A stretch of 64,000 nt of DNA from Glycera tridactyla (Eukaryota), in contig OZ286460.1 in NCBI GenBank assembly GCA_965644265.1, positions 49,290,001 through 49,354,000 on the forward strand, given 5' to 3'. Under the pieces are notes generated by a model. That model did not search any database and was not told the origin of the DNA. It saw only the letters and a list, made by a program, of their open reading frames with translations. Position numbers and translations under genes: made by a program. Below are positions 61,482-64,000 of this stretch, in pieces; positions within the stretch are counted from its first letter, which is position 1, and every line of letters starts with the position of its first letter.

Positions 61482-64000
61482 TAGTACCTCTATGTTTTTT
61501 GGATTGTTGGATTTTGTGAGATCTTGTACAGAAAATAATGTGGGTACTTAATTGAAAGGAATATGTATCAGCAAATTATCAATCACAAACATATCTCTGA
61601 ACCATAAAATCAAGTATAAAATCGAGAGCAGTTTTGAGATGGAAAGAATTACATAATGGCAAAATATGGATGAACTATTGATTGAGGTAATGAGAAGACC
61701 ATGATCTATCAGGAAAGAATGAATATTTTCAGGGAACAAGATCAACATCAATGTAATTCATGGAATATAGAATCAGAATGACCAGAGATATAAGGAACTT
61801 AATATAAAATAGTTTCATGAAATATTCAGTGGAATAAGCATGAAGAAGGCAAGGTGTAAGGACGTCCCATGAAGATTGTACAATCTTCAGTGCAAAATTA
61901 CCATTCCTGAGCTATATGCTATTGTTTTTACTTTCTCTCTGGTATTTTTTCCTGATTGCATACATTTTGATGAAGAGTATAAAGATACATGAATACAAAT
62001 ATTGATGAATTTTCAGATACCATCAGAATGTATAAAACAAAGACAGATCTGATATATCTCTTACAACCAAAATTGTTAAAGATAATCAATGTACAGTACA
62101 GCCACTGACGAAAATATGTGATTGCAATAGATGGAAATCGTTTGAAGAAGATACTGTCACAAGAACACTATCCTTATTCTAAGTCGGCAGATAGCAGTCA
62201 TTGACACATGGTCAGTAGGGATGACCCATCAATGAACCGATCTCCAACTGGGATGAAAAACCGATGAAAATTATATCAAGTGGTTGAAAGATCACTACTG
62301 TTGCAATGTTATGTTGTTCTCAGTTCCAAGATGATCTATTATGAAGATCAATTAACCCACTTTGAAACAGTTTGTTGAAGTGTTTCGTGAAATTTTGACT
62401 ACTCTCTTTGTCAGATTAGTGGCTTAATCAATCATATGACTGAGACTGCTAAAAGAGTGGTTGAAATATCGTGAAAATTTTGAACAAACTCTTCCAAAGT
62501 AGGTCAACTCATGTCCATCATCACTACTTATGTTACCTGAGTGATAATGGCAAGATCATCTTCAGGTGGGTGATAATACCAGCATCATGATCACATATCT
62601 ATCATACTATGTAATAAACCTCCACTGTTATCTTTGCCTGTTCAGTTAAAACAATAACAAGAGTTATGGGAGTTTTCTCAACAACCCACTTTCAACATGG
62701 ATGAGGGCCGGCACATTCTCCCGCCAATTTACTGGGAGATCCTACAGCAATCACGTGACAAGATCCCACCGATGCAGTCACATGATAACACAACTACTTT
62801 GCAGTTGCCATTAGCTGAGGAAGGGGGCCAGGTGGCATCCATAGAAGCTCTCGAATAACTTTCAACACTACACTCACTGAAAATTCTACATTATGAGGAC
62901 ATGAGTTGTAAAACTATAATTGCATGATGCAATGGTGACCAACTGGGACCCGTCACCCAATACTGGGACAAAGGTCCTCAATCCTACTCCAAGTTCTTCA
63001 AAGAATATTGATGACCTCATGACAAAAAGCAGACTGCAAACACTGACTACAGAGGACCATCTGGTGCTTCATTGGTCTCAAAACTGTGACCATAAAATAT
63101 AACATATTCTGAGCCATTGTACAATGCTGCTAACAAAATTGATTCACAACAAAGTGACCAAACTTTGTCTACTTGTGTAATGAATGAAATAGACACAGAC
63201 TAGATATTTAGATACATATTCTAACTTGATCATCAGCATGTGGCTTTGAAGTGATCAGCATCAAATTCATGACTTCTGCTCTCTTACATACTCGTCTATT
63301 TACTGCGTCATTCACTTTATGAGCTAACTCCAGACGTATGTACTTGACGGTATTTGAAACATGTTTTCTTGCACATTTACCCATAATTATGTATACAATT
63401 TATATACATGTAGTATCAAAATGAATAATCAAGGCACATATTAAACAGTTGTAGTGGATTGAAATGATGAAAGGGTGACATGTCTGTATAGGAGTTAGCA
63501 CCAGTTTAACAACTATACATAGAGACGTCATGACTGCACGTCACATATGATGTAGAGAGCTATAACAGTAACAGGAGGATAAGGATGAAAGCACCTAATA
63601 AATCAAATAGGATCACACATTAGTTGTAAACGGGATTGGGGTTATCTTGGATGGGTGCGAGTATGTGTACTGATAAATGGGTGTTTGGTAAATTCAAAAT
63701 CGGGAAGAAAACTATGTATCAGAAACTAATGATTTGTTGAGCAGGGAGGAATTGAACTTCATTGGTTTCAATTAGAATTATTCCTTTGAGAACAATACAC
63801 CTGAAAGAGTACTCCAACATTTTTTAGTAAAGAGGCAAACAGGTACAGTGATACAGGTTCTGAAAGGGGAGGTATCTGCAATTTGATAGATTCAACTGTC
63901 AGTAAAATATAGCAAATTGCATGACCCTCGCACTTATGTGTCTTTGTGAATGGATGCTAATCGTAAGATGTGTCAATTCAAGGTCTAATGCATGGAACAC

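Overview
Eukaryotic (animal, non-vertebrate-looking) AT-rich genomic DNA with two N-gaps. Almost all ORF-track entries are noise. Two real minus-strand genes can be read by hand. (1) 1801->1: an intronless 600-codon ORF (signal peptide, LRR-NT cap, long run of LRRs) that runs off the window edge. It is most likely the ectodomain of a Toll-like or other LRR receptor, and the ORF track missed it. (2) 52671->20022: a 19-exon chain with GT-AG sites and matching phases (plus candidate exons at 59445-59398 and 42934-42902). It encodes FERM(F2-F3)-MyTH4-FERM without an SH3 and ends in E-D11-V-D10-V-Y. This is the tail architecture of class XXII unconventional myosin (Myo22). The motor, IQ, first MyTH4 and first F1 lobe were not found in the window. 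The rest is introns and intergenic DNA with many TA-targeting Tc1/mariner-type MITEs, a 571-bp TGT...ACA TIR element, a Helentron/DINE-like element, minisatellites (35, 56 and 57 bp units), microsatellites and decayed coding-like remnants. I found no wholly new system. The most interesting points are the Myo22 tail, its acidic Tyr-ending C-terminus, several frame-preserving cassette-exon candidates and the TLR-like gene. All family assignments come from motif recognition by eye, not from database searches.
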